Assembly (NCBI GenBank): GCA_009103225.1
Contig: RHPI01003729.1
Location: forward strand, 1 to 64,000
Source of the DNA: Chlorokybus atmophyticus
Lineage: Eukaryota; Plantae; Mesostigma and Chlorokybus algae
Direction: 5' to 3'
DNA: 64,000 nt
The position numbers and the translations under genes were made by a program. The number at the start of each line of letters is the position of its first letter. Position 1 is the first letter of the stretch. The notes beneath the pieces were generated by a model. The model saw only the letters and a list, made by a program, of their open reading frames with translations, searched no databases and was not told where the DNA came from. Shown piece by piece: positions 37,146-52,000 of the stretch.

Positions 37146-40100
37146 ATGCCTCGCAATCCCAAGAAGAGCTCAGGGCCCGTGAAGAAAAAGAAGAAGCCGG
37201 TGAGTGGCGCTTGGCTGCGACCAAGCCTTTGCGTGCTGCAGTGGCATGCTGCACGCGAAGATCATAACACTGCATGCATTACTGCAAGAAGTATAGCGTG
37301 CAATTGCTGTCCTTTGCTTCTGCGGCTGCAGAGTGCATGACGGCAGCTGTGCCGTGCATGCCGCATCGTTTGCCCCTCAGCCATGCTATTTGTGTGCTTG
37401 GTCTCGTCTGTGTGAGGGAGTAAGTGTACACATTCTTGAAACCGGAGCAGGAGCACATGCATTAGTGGCATGCATGTGACGTTGCAGCATGCACTGTAGC
37501 GTAAGATCTGTAAGTTTGGGTCGGTGTGGCTCTCGGAGACAGAGCTGTTGCACGTAGCACAGTCTACACACAAGCGTGTTTCACATGCCTATTATAAAAC
37601 ATACAAAATAATTTGATTACAAGTGTGGCTCTCGCTGCTCAGCACCGGAGTCAAATGTGGCTGAACTACTATGCATATTGTCCCAAGCTTGGGTATTATC
37701 CATGATGTCAGACTCGTGTTTACTGCAGTCTGTCACTCGCTGTCTTTGTCGTAGTCTTGGGTCTGCTGCGTTTTTTTGCCTAGCTAAACAAACATCAACT
37801 TACTTGTCGACATATCGTGTGGTGGTCATCCCCCTGGCAAGGTTGTTACTAAAGCAAACTATTTCTTGCGCATTACGGTGTGTCATGCAAATAGATTCCT
37901 GACCACATTGAGCTTGCAGAAGTCGAGCAATGGAGTTGACTCCATGGACACGGCTGGTCCATCAGAGCGCCCGCGGGTTGGTTTCTTATCCGACTGACCC
38001 TTGCGTTATTGATTGATTTGTCTGCATGTGCGCCCGTGTCCGTTGTTAAGACAAAAGCAAGGTTTCTTGATGATGCAGATTTTGTCACAACTTGAAAACA
38101 ATAAAAACTCACACAAAAAACAACTGTTGTTGTTGGCACAGGTTTGGCAACCGGGAGTGGATGCGATGGCAGACGACGAGGCGTTGGAGTTTGATCCCAC
38201 TGCATACGACTGCCTACACGCCTTTCGGCTTGAATGGCCATGCCTAAGGTATGCAGTGCTCAAGGCCTGCATTTAGGTATAGCATCCTAGTTTATCTATT
38301 GCAGTGACATGCATGTTTGGTTGTTAACGACACTGTTCGCAAAAACAACAGTTTCGACTTGGTCCGCGACTCCCTCGGTGCACAACGGACACAGTTTCCA
38401 CACACCATATTTGCTGTCACAGGCACACAGGTGGGCTATTCAAACAACATTGTACGCCTTACCTATCACAACGCGACGTATGCGATACACTTTGATGTGT
38501 CTGCACGGGTTGTCCTGTGTGTACCACTCAGCCGTACTCAAAGCTACATTGTGACTTGTCTGCAGGCTGACAGGGCTGTGAACAACACGCTTGCGGTCCT
38601 GAGGCTATCCAATATCACACGCATGCGACATCCTAAGAGGGGCGACGAAGAGGAGGAGTCAGAGAGCGATGACAGCGATAATGAAGAGCCTGCTGATGGG
38701 AGCGGCCCTCAACTGCAGGTAGCAATACAGTATTGCTTCAACTCAGTGCTGGTGTAACAGCACGTTGACTTGCTGCTATGAACAATGTGTCACACAGTCC
38801 TGCACACAGCACTGCTGTGACAGCAGCCATGCATCATCTCGGTCGCAGGTGAAACTCGTGTATGCGTGGCATACCAACCTAAACCCCTGTTATGGTTTGT
38901 GCAGGCGCGCTTGATTGCACATCATGGAGGTGTCAACCGGGCACGCAGTATGGGGCAGAAGCCGCACATTGTTGCCACCTGGGCCGACACCGGTCATGTA
39001 CAAGTACGTGCAGGGCTCTAGGCCATGGCATGCATGTATTTATGTGTGCGTGAGAGTTGAGTGCGTGTGTGTGTTGCTATCTATGCTCCAAAGTACCCAT
39101 CAGTCTGCCAATGCACATGCATGGTGTGTTGTTGCAGGTTTGGGATGTATCGCGGCACTTGCAGTCTCTAGCCGAGCAGCCAGCAACAGCGGGCAACGCG
39201 GAAGATGCGACACCAACAGTGTCCAGACAAGCTCCTGTGCAAGTGTTTACTGGTCATACCGATGAGGGCTTTGCGATGGACTGGAGTCCAGTTGCAGAAG
39301 GAAGGCTGCTGACAGGTGCGGGAATCACACAGTACTGTTGTACGCGGGAATGTGGGCTTTTGGTCGCAGCTCTTGTTGTTCAAGAACACATGCTGCTTGT
39401 GCGCACAGGTGATTGCAAAAATGCTATCTATTTGTGGGAGCCCCAAGCGAATGGCAAATGGACAATTGACAAGACTCCTTTCAAGGGTCATACTGCCAGT
39501 GTTGAGGACCTTCAGGTCAGCAGCATGCAGAAGCAGTTGGCAGCATGCAGCATTCTGCCTATTAGGTAACAGTTAGGTTGGCTTGCAGTGGAGTCCAACC
39601 GAGGAGAGTGTGTTCGCTAGTTGTAGTGTGGACCACACGCTGAAGATCTGGGACGCCCGCCAGCGGCAGCAGGCTGTTCTGTCTGTCACAGCCCATGACG
39701 CAGATGTCAATGTCATTTCGTGGAACAGGTACAGTCATTGTTTGACTTTCGTGTGTTTGTCTATTACATTGCACATGATGTATTTTTTAATGCAATGCTA
39801 GCATTACCTGGCTGTTGCCATAGTTGTCACATGTGCGTGTGTTTGTACAAGTATGCAGCTAGGCACACAACCAGTCAGAAAGCATGGCACTCTCCCGGCC
39901 CTGTATCTTGCAGGGCCTTGCATGAGTGTCGCATTTATGTCACTGTTAACAGGCGTATGAGCATCGGCTCAGTCCTGATCAACCTTGTTGCGCAGGATTG
40001 CAAGCTGTATGCTTGCTTCTGGTGCGGACGATGGCTGCTTGCGCATATGGGACTTGAGGAATTTCAAGGACAACGAGTTTGTCGCGCACTTCAAGTACAA

Positions 40101-40585
40101 CAAGGAAGCTATCAGTTCTGTGGAGTGGAGCCCTGCTGAAAGCTCTGTCGTTGCCACAACCTCCTCTGATAACCAACTTTGGTGCGTTGTGTTGCTTCTT
40201 ACTCAGTGTGCTTGGCAAGGTTTGGCAATGCCGCTAGCATTGTTGCATATATGTTGCAGTGCAGTTGTTGCATTGACTAGGCATGTTTGCTTGTTGGTAT
40301 GTTTGCCACCTCTTCAATCATGCCTATTGTGGTGCAATCCTGTGCAACAGTGTGTGGGACCTGAGTGTGGAGCGTGATGCCGAGGAGGAAGCGTCGGTCG
40401 TGCAGGAGGCAGCAACTGCGGGCCAAACGCCCGCAGTTGCTCCCAGCGATCTCCCTGCGCAGCTGCTGTTTGTGCACCAGGGCCAGACTGACTTGAAGGA
40501 GTTGCATTGGCACCCCCAGCTGCCAGGTTTCATTGTGAGCACCGCTGCGGACGGGTTTAACATATTCAAAGCATCGAACTGTTAG
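37146..40585 (+). CDS. GRWD1: Glutamate-rich WD40 protein 1 (Rrb1 ortholog, ribosome biogenesis), about 10 exons
   Basis: [28 protein letters not shown], acidic tract, [73 protein letters not shown]. Confidence 0.95.
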
Positions 40586-41317
40586 CGCACCAATCATTGA
40601 CGTGTTCAACGCTGCTTAATGGCTGGCATGATGGCAACCTTACTCGGGTGAGTTATTAAGCCTTGCTGTTGTGTTGCCGAACTGCATGGGGCATTATACA
40701 TGGCCAATAGCAACCAAACCGTAGCATAGCGTCGTGTCAACAGGCTTCGCGTCATAGTGTCTCGCAGCCCTGGCCATGTACATGCGGTGTATATGCAAAC
40801 TGTAGGCTGCATCGCATTGTTGTGCTAGCACTGACACCGCCATCAACCTGACCTTGCATCTCAGACGACAACCAGTCAGAAACTATCTGTAAAAGCACCA
40901 GTGAAGCCCAATAATTATTCATCACCATCTCCGACTGCATGAGGTAGATTGCAGAGAGAGACAACTCGCAACATTGAACGGCAATGATGTATTACCGCAG
41001 TTGGTAAGATTAGCTTGGGCCCTTGTGAGTCTGCACTTTGTTTGAGCACTAGTCACAGTCCAAGAGGTTATTGACAACAAAACAAGAACTCTACTACTAT
41101 GGTCCACAGCTTGGCATGACAGTGTGCCCTGTTGAGTGCTCCCGAATGCATTTGATGCATAACACACTGAAGCAGACGCTGTTGACAACACATCAACATA
41201 TTGAATTGCGACCGCAGAAGGTATAATGTACAGTAAGTGGACGAGCGGAAAATGTTACTGGGACGCTAGCAACCTCATTGCTCCCTGCCAAACTGTCCCA
41301 TAGACGCAGCAAGAAGT

Positions 41318-44101
41318 TCAGTGGCTCCCACGAGGCTTGATTGCAGAAATGCCTGTTAGTTCCCGGCCAACAACCAACGCATTCACATCATACGTGCCCT
41401 CATATGTGAAGATAGCCTCGATATCCGCAAACGCCTTGCCCACGTGGAAGTCCACCACTGTGCAGGCACAGGCCACACGTTAGGGCTGGGCACTTCTTAG
41501 AATGTTCGTTGCCAATATCAATTTCCAATGGAAAGGGCAAGGAGATGAGCAAGCGGTACATGTAAGCTGGTGACGTAGTAATACAGTTGCAAGCACTGGC
41601 AGCAACAAACCTGCAAATCACGTACCTACTCCGTTGCCACCGAGCGCTTCCCGCCCGAGCTGGCATACTTCCCGAGCACATCGTGTATTCCACATCTTGG
41701 CCAGAGACGCCTGGCCTTCGGTCATGATGCCCGCTTCATACAGCTTGGAAACGCGCCACGCCATGAGGGCCTGTGCCTGCACGCCTCCCAGCATGCGTGC
41801 AAGCCGCTCCTGTGCGAGCTGCATCGAGGCCAGCGGCACACCAAACTGCTTCCTTTCCTTCAGGTACCTTGCACACCTGTAATGATGCAACAACTTTGAG
41901 CACTGATGGATACCGTTCAAAACGAGCAGAAACTATCGACTTGAGGACAAGAGCACAGGGTCAATTGTGTTGAACACTTACATGTCATAGACTCCCATGG
42001 AGATGCCAACAGGCAGCCAGGCTACCATGATTCTCGATATCGCAAGCACTTTAGCGGTATCACGGAAAGAGGACATGTGCTCCAGACGATCGCAGTCTGG
42101 AACGAACACATCTTGGAATTCAATATCCGCATTCTGAACTAGCCGCAGCGCAACCTTGTGTTCAATCTTGGACGTGCGCAGTCCAGGCGTGCCTTTCCGC
42201 ACTACAAACGCATTAATCTGGTTGTCTGTTGAATTGCGTGCCATAACCTGCAACCGGACACTTGCTTCATCACTTGCAGTGCCCACAATGGCGCATGCAC
42301 ACAGCTTTCTGTCTCTGGCGCTGGTATATTGGAAGGACAAGATACTAACCACGATAATTTCAGCAAACGTCGCATTTCCAATCCATCGCTTGCGACCACT
42401 GAGTCGCCAGCCACCTTCAACTCTTCTGGCTTCGGTGGCTAGCCCAGAAGCATCAGAACCGTAGTCCGGCTCGGTCAGCGCCCAGGCACCCACATGCTGA
42501 AAACGCGCCAGTGCTGGTAACAGCCGCGACTTCTGCTCTTCGCTGTATCAACCAACGAGGCTTTGCAACCATGTAATCCGCTACCCATGCTAAGCATGAG
42601 CAGTGTAGACACCACAAACCTGCCAAGCATTCCAATAGTGGCCATCGCAAGAGCATTGTGCACAAGCACAAAAGTTGCCACAGAGGCATCAACGCGCGCC
42701 AGCTCCATGACTGCGGCTCCTTGAGCGGTCACGCTCAAGCCCGCACAACCGTAACCCTGCATAACCAGAGAACGTGAGCAAGTGCCCCCCCCCCGCCTTG
42801 CCGCGCGTGTGCGTGCATGCCCACATAAACAGTCTTGAGGGAGACAGTGCTGTGCGCACCTGTACTGTGCCGCCGCCGATGCCAAGGTTCGCTATATGCG
42901 GCACAACTTCAAACGGGAAAGTTGCCTTCTCCCAGTGGGCAGTCGTCACTGGCGCCACAGCCTGCTCGGCCACCTCCCGCACCTAAATCAATTACAGCGC
43001 AAGCGTGTATACTAAGCTTATACGAGAAACGACTTCATGCGATTCAGGGTTCATACGACTGGCACGATGAGGTTGAGACAGGTAGCAAGGCAGCATGGTG
43101 TATCATACACAATTACACACAGTGTGTTGGTCCCAAGCAAATTGTTCATGTGCTGTTAAGCAATATGGTGCTCAAACGAAAGACTGACAGAGCACACTGT
43201 ACTCAACAATGCAACAACATACAGCAAGCACCTACGCAAAACTTGTGACATGCATATGATCTAATGAACCAAACAACGCAGCATAGCACAGCGCGTGCAG
43301 GAACAGTATGCTGATTATGATAAGCTTTGCACAGCATGCAACTGAGCAGACTGGCTGCACGATTGCCTTACTGCCCTGAGTGCATATCGCAATAAAGCAA
43401 TGATGCTGCTGTGAGGAGCTTCACACTGCGATTAAAGCACAAGAGCGCAGCAACCAACAAAGGGCATGCACAAGAAGAAAACAACGAAGCAAGCACCTTG
43501 AGACGCAATGCCTGCTCCTGCGCCGTGAGCAACTCGTCGAGGTGGAAATAATCGCCTCTGGGTGGCGGGAACACAGAGCTCGGCGTCGCAGATGGAAAGC
43601 CGTCGAGGCGGGCAGACTTGTCAGCGTGCTCGCGGGCTCCATGCTGCCAACATTGCTGATTAGATGAGCGAAGACAGACTGCGCAGCGAACGCATCGCAC
43701 ATGATAGCTATTGCGGCGTCAATCTCGTGTACTAAGCAGTTTAACATAACATGAAACCAACTCTGCAACGAAAAAAACACAGCAACAAATCGTGAAACGG
43801 CTGCAAAGCACATCACACAACCACAGCTGACGAGTAAACTCATACAGTTGCTGATTGCGGTCCTCTGTACACATCGAAGCTGCATGCATTGCGTCGCATT
43901 GCATGCCAAGATGCCTGCATTAGACGCACAACCTCATCAGACCCTAGCACCCTACCGTAGCATAAATGCATTCACCTGAGCGGGCACGTACGTCGCCTGT
44001 GCTGACACCCCTTTCTCCTGCGCCTCCGTCCAAGATGACCCTGATGCTGAAGGATCAAGCTGCCTGGTAAGCACAGCTATCCGCGCACCCGCCGCCTCCA
44101 T
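41318..44101 (-). CDS. ACX4: Acyl-CoA oxidase 4-like (acyl-CoA dehydrogenase fold), about 10 exons
   Basis: [114 protein letters not shown]. These match my recollection of plant ACX4. Confidence 0.93.
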
Positions 44102-46075
44102 GGCGACCTTGCCGCCGCCGCCGCTGCCGCCACCGCCACTGTCCGCCACGTGGCAATAAGCTCTTGCAGTTAGTGCACTGATTACTGCATAAACAACACC
44201 AGGTTTAAGGCCATCCGACGCTGTACGAGAGTTTGCTACTTCCTGAAACAAGCACAGCTGTTGGATTGACCAAGCTTGATTGACCGCGTTTAGGCTGCGG
44301 TTCTGGATCAGCACAAACCGTGCTGCGTACGTGGTTGTTACAGCCGATAGTCGCCGGTCAATAGCTGCAGGCGCAGTTCAAAGTGACTTGAGGCAGGACG
44401 ATGTCCAGGAGGGTAGACCGGTGGAATTGCCACATCTGATGGTTATCAGCAAGGTCACGAGCGGCCACGTCAGCGGCCATGGCGCTGCTTGTTCATGAAC
44501 AAAGCTGGCTGTCAACATGGCTTATTGCAGGAATGTTGTGATGGGCATTGGATCCATTGCTGTCGGCGTAAAAATTTACTGGTACACAAAGGGATGCACA
44601 ACATGCCGTGCACACACAACTCATGCGCCACCACAAACACACCCAAATACCGAGCACGCATAGCCACAAACACACCAACTTCTACCCCTCTATCAAACTT
44701 ACCACAATTTACTACTGAGTGGCTGGACAAGGGGGCTAGCTATGTGCAATGCAAGGCACAGCAACATCATGCCGGCGTGGCTGGGCAAGATACAACAGCA
44801 GCTTGTGCAGCATGCCCCCACTCTACGGCAACAACTTGCATCCATATATTATACAATACCTATGCTTTTATTATGATACATTTCAGCGATGATATGATTG
44901 TAATATATGATGTAAATCATAATAACCAAGAATGATTTTTATAATAGCGATAGTTGCCACTTTCATACCTTGTATAGTTGTAGCATGGTTGGTATGCCAT
45001 AATAGCATTGACTTGGCATGTACGACTATCGCTGCAGTATAAACTCGCATAAGCATACCTGCATCAATATAACAAGGGGCTTGCATGTTATCTAGCTATT
45101 CTTGTTATCAAATATCATGTTGCTCAATGATCCGCAATTGCATGAACAAGTGGTGTGCGACACTTACCGGTAGGTAAGAAAACGGTCAGGTCGCAATGAA
45201 CGGGTTATTGACATTTGCCTATGGCACGTATGCGACCTGAGTGCACACCATCTGCTTCATTAAGATCGCACTGCTACTAGAACACACTTGATTAGTGCTT
45301 GATCTTTTGCAATAAAGCGCAAGGCAAGTCAAGGTCAGTAATGCAATTGATGTACACAATGTGACATGTTAAACTCACAGGTGCCGTAGCTATGCGTTCT
45401 ACTCATCGGGTATAAAACCGTAATGAAACACTCTATGCCAAGCGCAATACCACAACCAAAACACCTAGAGCACAACACTTTACATCACCACATCTAGCCT
45501 ACAGGGGCTCCACTCTATTGTATTCTACGTGAGTGCAAATGTGCAAGTGCAAGAGCGTGGTGCAGGCAGAGTGGAGGAGCGGGCTTCACCTGCAGCAGAG
45601 CAGAGGAGAGGAACGAGGGTTGGCGTGGTGGCTGGTGTGATGGGCGGACATGTGTGCAGCACGTGCGTGCGTGCTCTCTCCTCCCCCAGCGTTGTCTGCT
45701 CGCTCGCACCATCACCGCAGCCAGCAGAGCAGGGCTTATACGACTCATGTTGAACATTCACAACAATTCTCAGCCAACTTCATTCTCACCACATGGCAGC
45801 CTGTATGAATCTGATTATTACTGCTTCGCCATGTATGGCTATGTCTCACTGTATCGATGTATGTAGTATTATTGATACAAGATATACATAGTATTATTGA
45901 TTGATTGAAAGATATAGAATAGTAGCCATATGAACGAGCGACTGCTTTTGGCCACTTCACACTAGAAGAATAGATTCTACTTACAATGCTACTAGCAACA
46001 CAACTCTACAGCTAACTGTACTTGGGATACACCAAGCCAGCAACTACAATTACCATAATAGTCATATCCGTTGCG

Positions 46076-49000
46076 TCATACCTTGGCTTGGCTGTTAGCT
46101 TCCAGCTCAACCTGTCCAATAGGCCAACTGGCCCCATTCCGCTCATTGCTGGTGCCATTCGCATGACTGTTGTTGGCGTTGGCAAACGACATTCTCCCTG
46201 TCCGTGACTTGCTGAACTCGCTAAACTGAGCCTGGGGCAGCTTCATCACCTCCTGTGCTATGTGATGAAGCTTCGGTCTCAGATACCTGCCAGGGCAGGT
46301 GTTGGATTCTGACTACATGCACCCACAACCAGTGTGCACATATATACTGCATGGTGCGGATCACCAGTAAATCACCGTGCACAGTCTGATCCACACTGTG
46401 TACTTGGTGACGCCAATAGCTATAAGCACATATGTGGATGTTGCATGTGCATGGCAGTGTGGGTGCTTGACTGTGTGCTGCATGTGCGCTACATATGCTT
46501 ATGTAGTATGATGAGTGGTAAGTGCTACTCGCTTTGAATATTCTGATTCCCTCAGCATCCGGTACATCATGCAATGCTGTGCACGACAAGTTATCCCTGT
46601 ACCTCCGTGTTGCGCGCAGGGTGAAGTCGACAATCACCGGCGCCACAACCATCAGCAGCATGAAGAGCCAGAACGAGGCTGTTGGGGCGAGCGTATCTCG
46701 GAATATACCAGTGTATGAGTTGGGCGCAACCGCAAGGACAAAAAGCCACAAACCCAAGCTGCCCCATAAGATGAGGTGAAGCGGCCAGGACCAGTACTGG
46801 ACCATCATTGCCAGCTGCACTGTCACCGCTACGAGGACAGCACTGTACAGTGCTGTGCCCGCAGCGTCCGAATCCTGTGTGTGTGTGGTAACATAGTCAT
46901 ATTGGTGCCAGTCTCGCATCAACATCATGGACGGTGTGCAGGCAACTTACTATAGCCAGTCCCGAGTCAAGAGTCGTTATGTGGCCGAAGAGGAACACCA
47001 GGCCGTAGTACAGAATCACGGACTGCAAGCACAAGTACAATGAGTTCATCTCATGATGTGGCATGCAAAACAATATGCAGCTTGCATGAGATGCAAGCAC
47101 CTGCAACAGGCCGTTGATAAGCCACCACGCTCTTTCCTTGAAGGTGAAGTACTCACTGCGCTGGCCTTCAGCGTAAAGTTCTGGGAAGCACTTGGTTGTT
47201 TTCCAATCCACATCTTGATCCAAGATTGCCAGCACACAAATAGGAAACGCTGTCCAGATCAAGTTGTACGTTGAAAGGTACCTAAGAGCATCAGCCACTT
47301 CATGCACAGCTCACTGGCTCATCAGCAAGCAATGCACAGCAGCTGTTACATCTCTGTTTCTTCAATGGTCAGGTTGTGTGCCACGACTAACGACAGACAG
47401 GACCACAAACTGGTGCAGCATCCTCAAACAGCAAGGGGTCGCAAAAGCTGTCAAGACAGCACTTACCACTGTACATAGATCGTGCCCCCAGAGTAGTCGG
47501 TGTTGATGTTGTGCCAGAACAACGTCAAGCCAAACACAACGTTCTTGTAAAAGAAGTAGACAATAAAACGCGCTAGCCGCCTGTAGTTCAAGCGCCCATG
47601 CCAAAGCAGCAACCGCTCAAGAAACCTGCGGCAGCATACAAATTGAGTGTCTCAATTCACCTGTCCAACCTGTCATGAACGCAGTGTTCTGATACACTCG
47701 TCCTGTGACTTGTTACATTAACCATGCATCCACATTGTACACCTGAACTGTCCAATGGCGAAATCTGCAGCCATGACAGCTTGTCGGCCTTCAACTCCGG
47801 ATATCCCAACGCCTATATGTGCAGCCTGAGTGCACAGCAAATCCTCAGCACCCATGCATGGCAATTACTAGGAGGACTGAAGGAAAAAGAGGACTGAAGA
47901 GGACTGAAGGAAAAAGAAAAATATGCTGGGCTCTTGCCTGTATCATTGCAACATCATTGGCACCATCGCCAATACCCAGCGTCACATGCTTGAGGTCTTT
48001 GCGGACGAGCATGGTCACCTGGCATTGAGAGTGTATCACTAAGCATGCTCAAGCTTGCACACTGGACGACATCTGATCTCATCCCATGTCAACTCATCTC
48101 ACGGCTGCTAACCTGCGCCTTCTGCTTGGGAGACACTCTGCAGCACACAACGGCCTCGCACATAGATCCCAGCTGTGCGAACAAAGGTCTAACCGCTGGC
48201 TGCAAAGCTTCAGCAAGGGCGTATCCGTCAATGACGAGCGCATTTGGGATGCCTTGGGCTTGATTTAGTTGCGCGGACTTGATGTGAGCCTGTGATACCG
48301 GCGCGACAATTGCTTGCATCCATGTCAACAAGCGAGCACAGTTCAATCGCAAGCACACCAAGACTGCAGTATTATTAACCTCAAGGAGCTCCTGGGTTGA
48401 TGCATCATTCGTTAAATCTCTTGCATCCTCCGCAGCCTTGGTCTGGACAATAAACTTGTGCATCTCTGGGGTCAGGAGACTGCAAGCGTACCTGAGGAAG
48501 GATACACAACCATTGGTTACCAGAAGTTCCACATCAACATCCGCATGAACCCCAGCCCCCAATATGTTCTGTGCGTTGCTTACCCAAAGAGCATAATTGA
48601 ACCATCCCAAGTTGCTCACCCTATGTTGACAGCAGTCTCCAACTTGTCGCCGGTAAGCACCCAGACAGCGATATGTGCTTTGTGCAGAAGCTCTATCATA
48701 TGTGGTACACCCGCCTACAAGGGATCACTCTCAGTACTCAACATTTGTTGTCTCTCGACTGATGTTGACGCATTTACTTGAAGCTTGTCTTCTATGGCAG
48801 TGGCACCCAGCAAGATAAGGTCCTTCTCAATGATCTCCGCAGCCTCATCAAGTAAAGCCTTGCGATTGTTTAATGCTGCGGCAGCAGCCTTGTACGTCAC
48901 CTGCAGATTGTTCAATGTCACTGGTTTGGCCATGGAGATGAGTAAGGACTTTGGGTTCTTAGCCGTGAGATGGTGTACCAGAGATGGTGTACCTGCCAGC

Positions 49001-52000
49001 TAGAAAACTCGCTCTCGGACACCTCTCTGTAGCTGATCACGAGCGTGCGCAAGCCTGCAGCAGCATACTGTACAGACTGGTGTTATTCTTGTTCTATATT
49101 TGCGGCATACACTATGAACGTTACATTGATACTTGCGCCATACCTGAGCACAGTGCTCCTGCGTTGCTTTGAGAAAGCTGCTCTCTCCGCTCGGAGCAAG
49201 GCGCTCATAAATGACATTGTCAGCGCCTTTGGTCATCAAAAAAATCTTTCCAGCAGAGTCGCGCACCACTACGGACATACGCTTTCTACAAATAGTTGCA
49301 CAGGATAACAATTAGGAGTCGAGTGTTGCTTCCCAGAACAAGCACAGTGTATAACTACGCACAGTTACGCAAGCTCCTGGATACTCTTATGTACACTTAC
49401 CGCACTGAATTGAACTGCAAAGTGGCCAGCAACTCGTAGGTTATTTCAGTGTTTGCGTCACTGCTGTACTTGTCACGAATCGTGAGACTCTTCTGCCCGC
49501 GCCGCAAGAACACAAGGCCCCCTGCTCGACGTGCTGCTACTACAAACGCAGCTTCATCGGGGGACTCTGCCTCGTAGCGCGGGTTGTCACCTGATGGGGT
49601 GCAATGCAAATGGAGTCAATGCCGGGTAAACATTCTTCCCTGCTAGTGCGCTGGACCTGAGGCCTACCTGTGCCCTCTTTGGGAACTGCAGTGTGGCAAA
49701 GTGCGAGCACATTGAAAAACTGTTTGATTATGTTCGAGTCTGCCCGCGACAGCCACTTGCCGTCTTCAAGCCAAGCATCCCGCAGGTTATAACCCTCCTC
49801 CAAGGGTGTTGTGGACATTGGCGCACTTGACAGGTCTGCTTGGCGCCCCGCTCTGGACGCAATTGAGCGCTCCACCTGGACAGCATACTCTGCATATCAC
49901 AAACCAACACTGACCTGTACCAACAAAAGAAGTAAAGTGCGTGTCACACTTACCTCAGTCAGCCCTTGACCGTAGCTCACTCCAGCAATAGCACATTTGA
50001 AAAACTCCATGCGGTTTTCTGTAAGCGTTCCAGTCTTATCCGACAGCACCGTTTGCACCTAAATGTAGTTGTGCGCACAATTGGTCATATGTGAGTAAGT
50101 TTGTACCTCCTCCTGCAGACTGCAACTAAATGCAAAAGGTCTTACCATGCCGAGCTCTTCATTCAGGTTAGAGGTGCGAGACTTAGCATAAGCTTGTGTG
50201 CTCTCGTCATACATGTACAGGTCGTAGTCAATGAACCAGCTGCTTTGGAATATCCGAACTATCTCCAGCGACACATATAAGGATATGGGAATCAAGTAGC
50301 CTGAAACACAGCAAGATCAATGAAGCTAAAGTGCTTGCATGGTGCTTACGCCTTGTACCCAGTATTAGCTCATGCTAACCAAGGTTATTTGGCACTATGA
50401 ACAACAGGCACCACTGTAAGCGCATGGAAGCTTCACGCTGATTATATGCAACTTACTGTATAATGTGATGGATGTGAGGAAGGCGTAAATCCCTGCACGC
50501 CCATTTGCGCTGGGATCAAAGTCGCTGTTGTCTAAGAATGGCTGCAAACGTCATGTCAGGGTCGCTTGCACATGGAACACATATGTTAAGTACCGGAATT
50601 GACATGCGTTAAAACACTGACCTGCAGATACCACATCTCTGGCCCCCAATCAGAAACGTTGACAGCCAGCAGTATGGCCGTGAGGACTGATAAACCGAGC
50701 ATGAGTGCAAACATGACCCATACAATTCCATCCGAAGCCCTGCAGAGCATACAGGGTGCATCAGTGATGTCTCGGCCAGATTTTGTCAGCAGCGCGGCAA
50801 TCAGCATGCAATGCAAGTCCACTATACTTGTCCAGGTGGCTGCGTTTGGAAGGGGCAGCAACCTGGTTGCGCATGATCTTGGTATCATGGCCAGTGTATA
50901 TGACTCCTCCAATGATGTACTGCGTATTGCGCAATGCGCTGCCCCGCAGTAAAATCTGTGCATGACTTTGAATAAGGTGGATAGAGACTCATCGTGTCTG
51001 CACATGTGTACAGAAATGCTACCTGTTCTGGACCAACTGGCAGATCAGTTCCACTAACAGACAGCACGCCGTCAAACGTGTAGAGGGAAGGGTTGGGACC
51101 CTCAGCTTGAAGCTTTACTGATGGTGCATTGTTTTGGGAGGCATCGCGTGCTGAAGCATCAGGCGCCACTATGGAAAGACTTTCTTCTAATGCACGCTTG
51201 CCTTTGAGGTTGGTCTCACCTGATGAATAGGTTGTTCAACAATTGGTACTCCTTGCCACAGGTGAGGAATGGGTACTTGTACAATCTTACCATCCAAGTT
51301 GGTAGTTTGAACCCAGCACGACCCATCTACATGGCCAGAGCTCAGCAGCAACAGATCCGCAGGAAACTCAGCGCCATCAAGAACACGGACTACATCACCC
51401 ACTCGCACATCCTTCCACGCCCTGTTGCAGTCGTGCACTTAACTTACCCAGTCTTGAACACAGTGCATTGTCGTGTTTAAAGAACTTTGAAACTTAAGCC
51501 ACGTCATCAAGCTGGATATCTATCTTAGAGCGGCATCAAAAGCATTTGTTGAGGAACGTCTGGATTGGCTTAACCTAAGCATTGCATGCACAAGTTCAGA
51601 CATGCATTAGCTGAACATCTACCTTCGTTCCCATGTGCCTTGAGAAACGAGCACATCCACTTTGCGACTGTTGACAGACTTATCCAGTCGGCTTCTGTTG
51701 AAGTCTTCATAACCCTGGCAGATCAACAGGTTAGTGGCACAAAAATGACGCTCTGCTTGTATGTAAGCCGTGCGCATGCAGTTCCTGGACCAATATTCAT
51801 TGCATGCAACTAGAGCCCACCTCCTTAATTATGGACACGCCGATGACAAATATGAGTGGCGTCCATGTTGTGAAGGGGCTGAAGGGGCTGAATGGACCCA
51901 GTGACAATGCGGCTGTGAGGGTAAAGTACCAGTTGGCCACGCGACGATACTGAAAGCAAGCAGCAGCAGTACAACTGTCAGCGCGACTAGCGTAACAACC

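Noticed and set aside
47872-47919. Short tandem GAGGACTGAA(GGAAAAA) repeats
   Set aside because: A local intronic slippage duplication with no spacers; not CRISPR-like.
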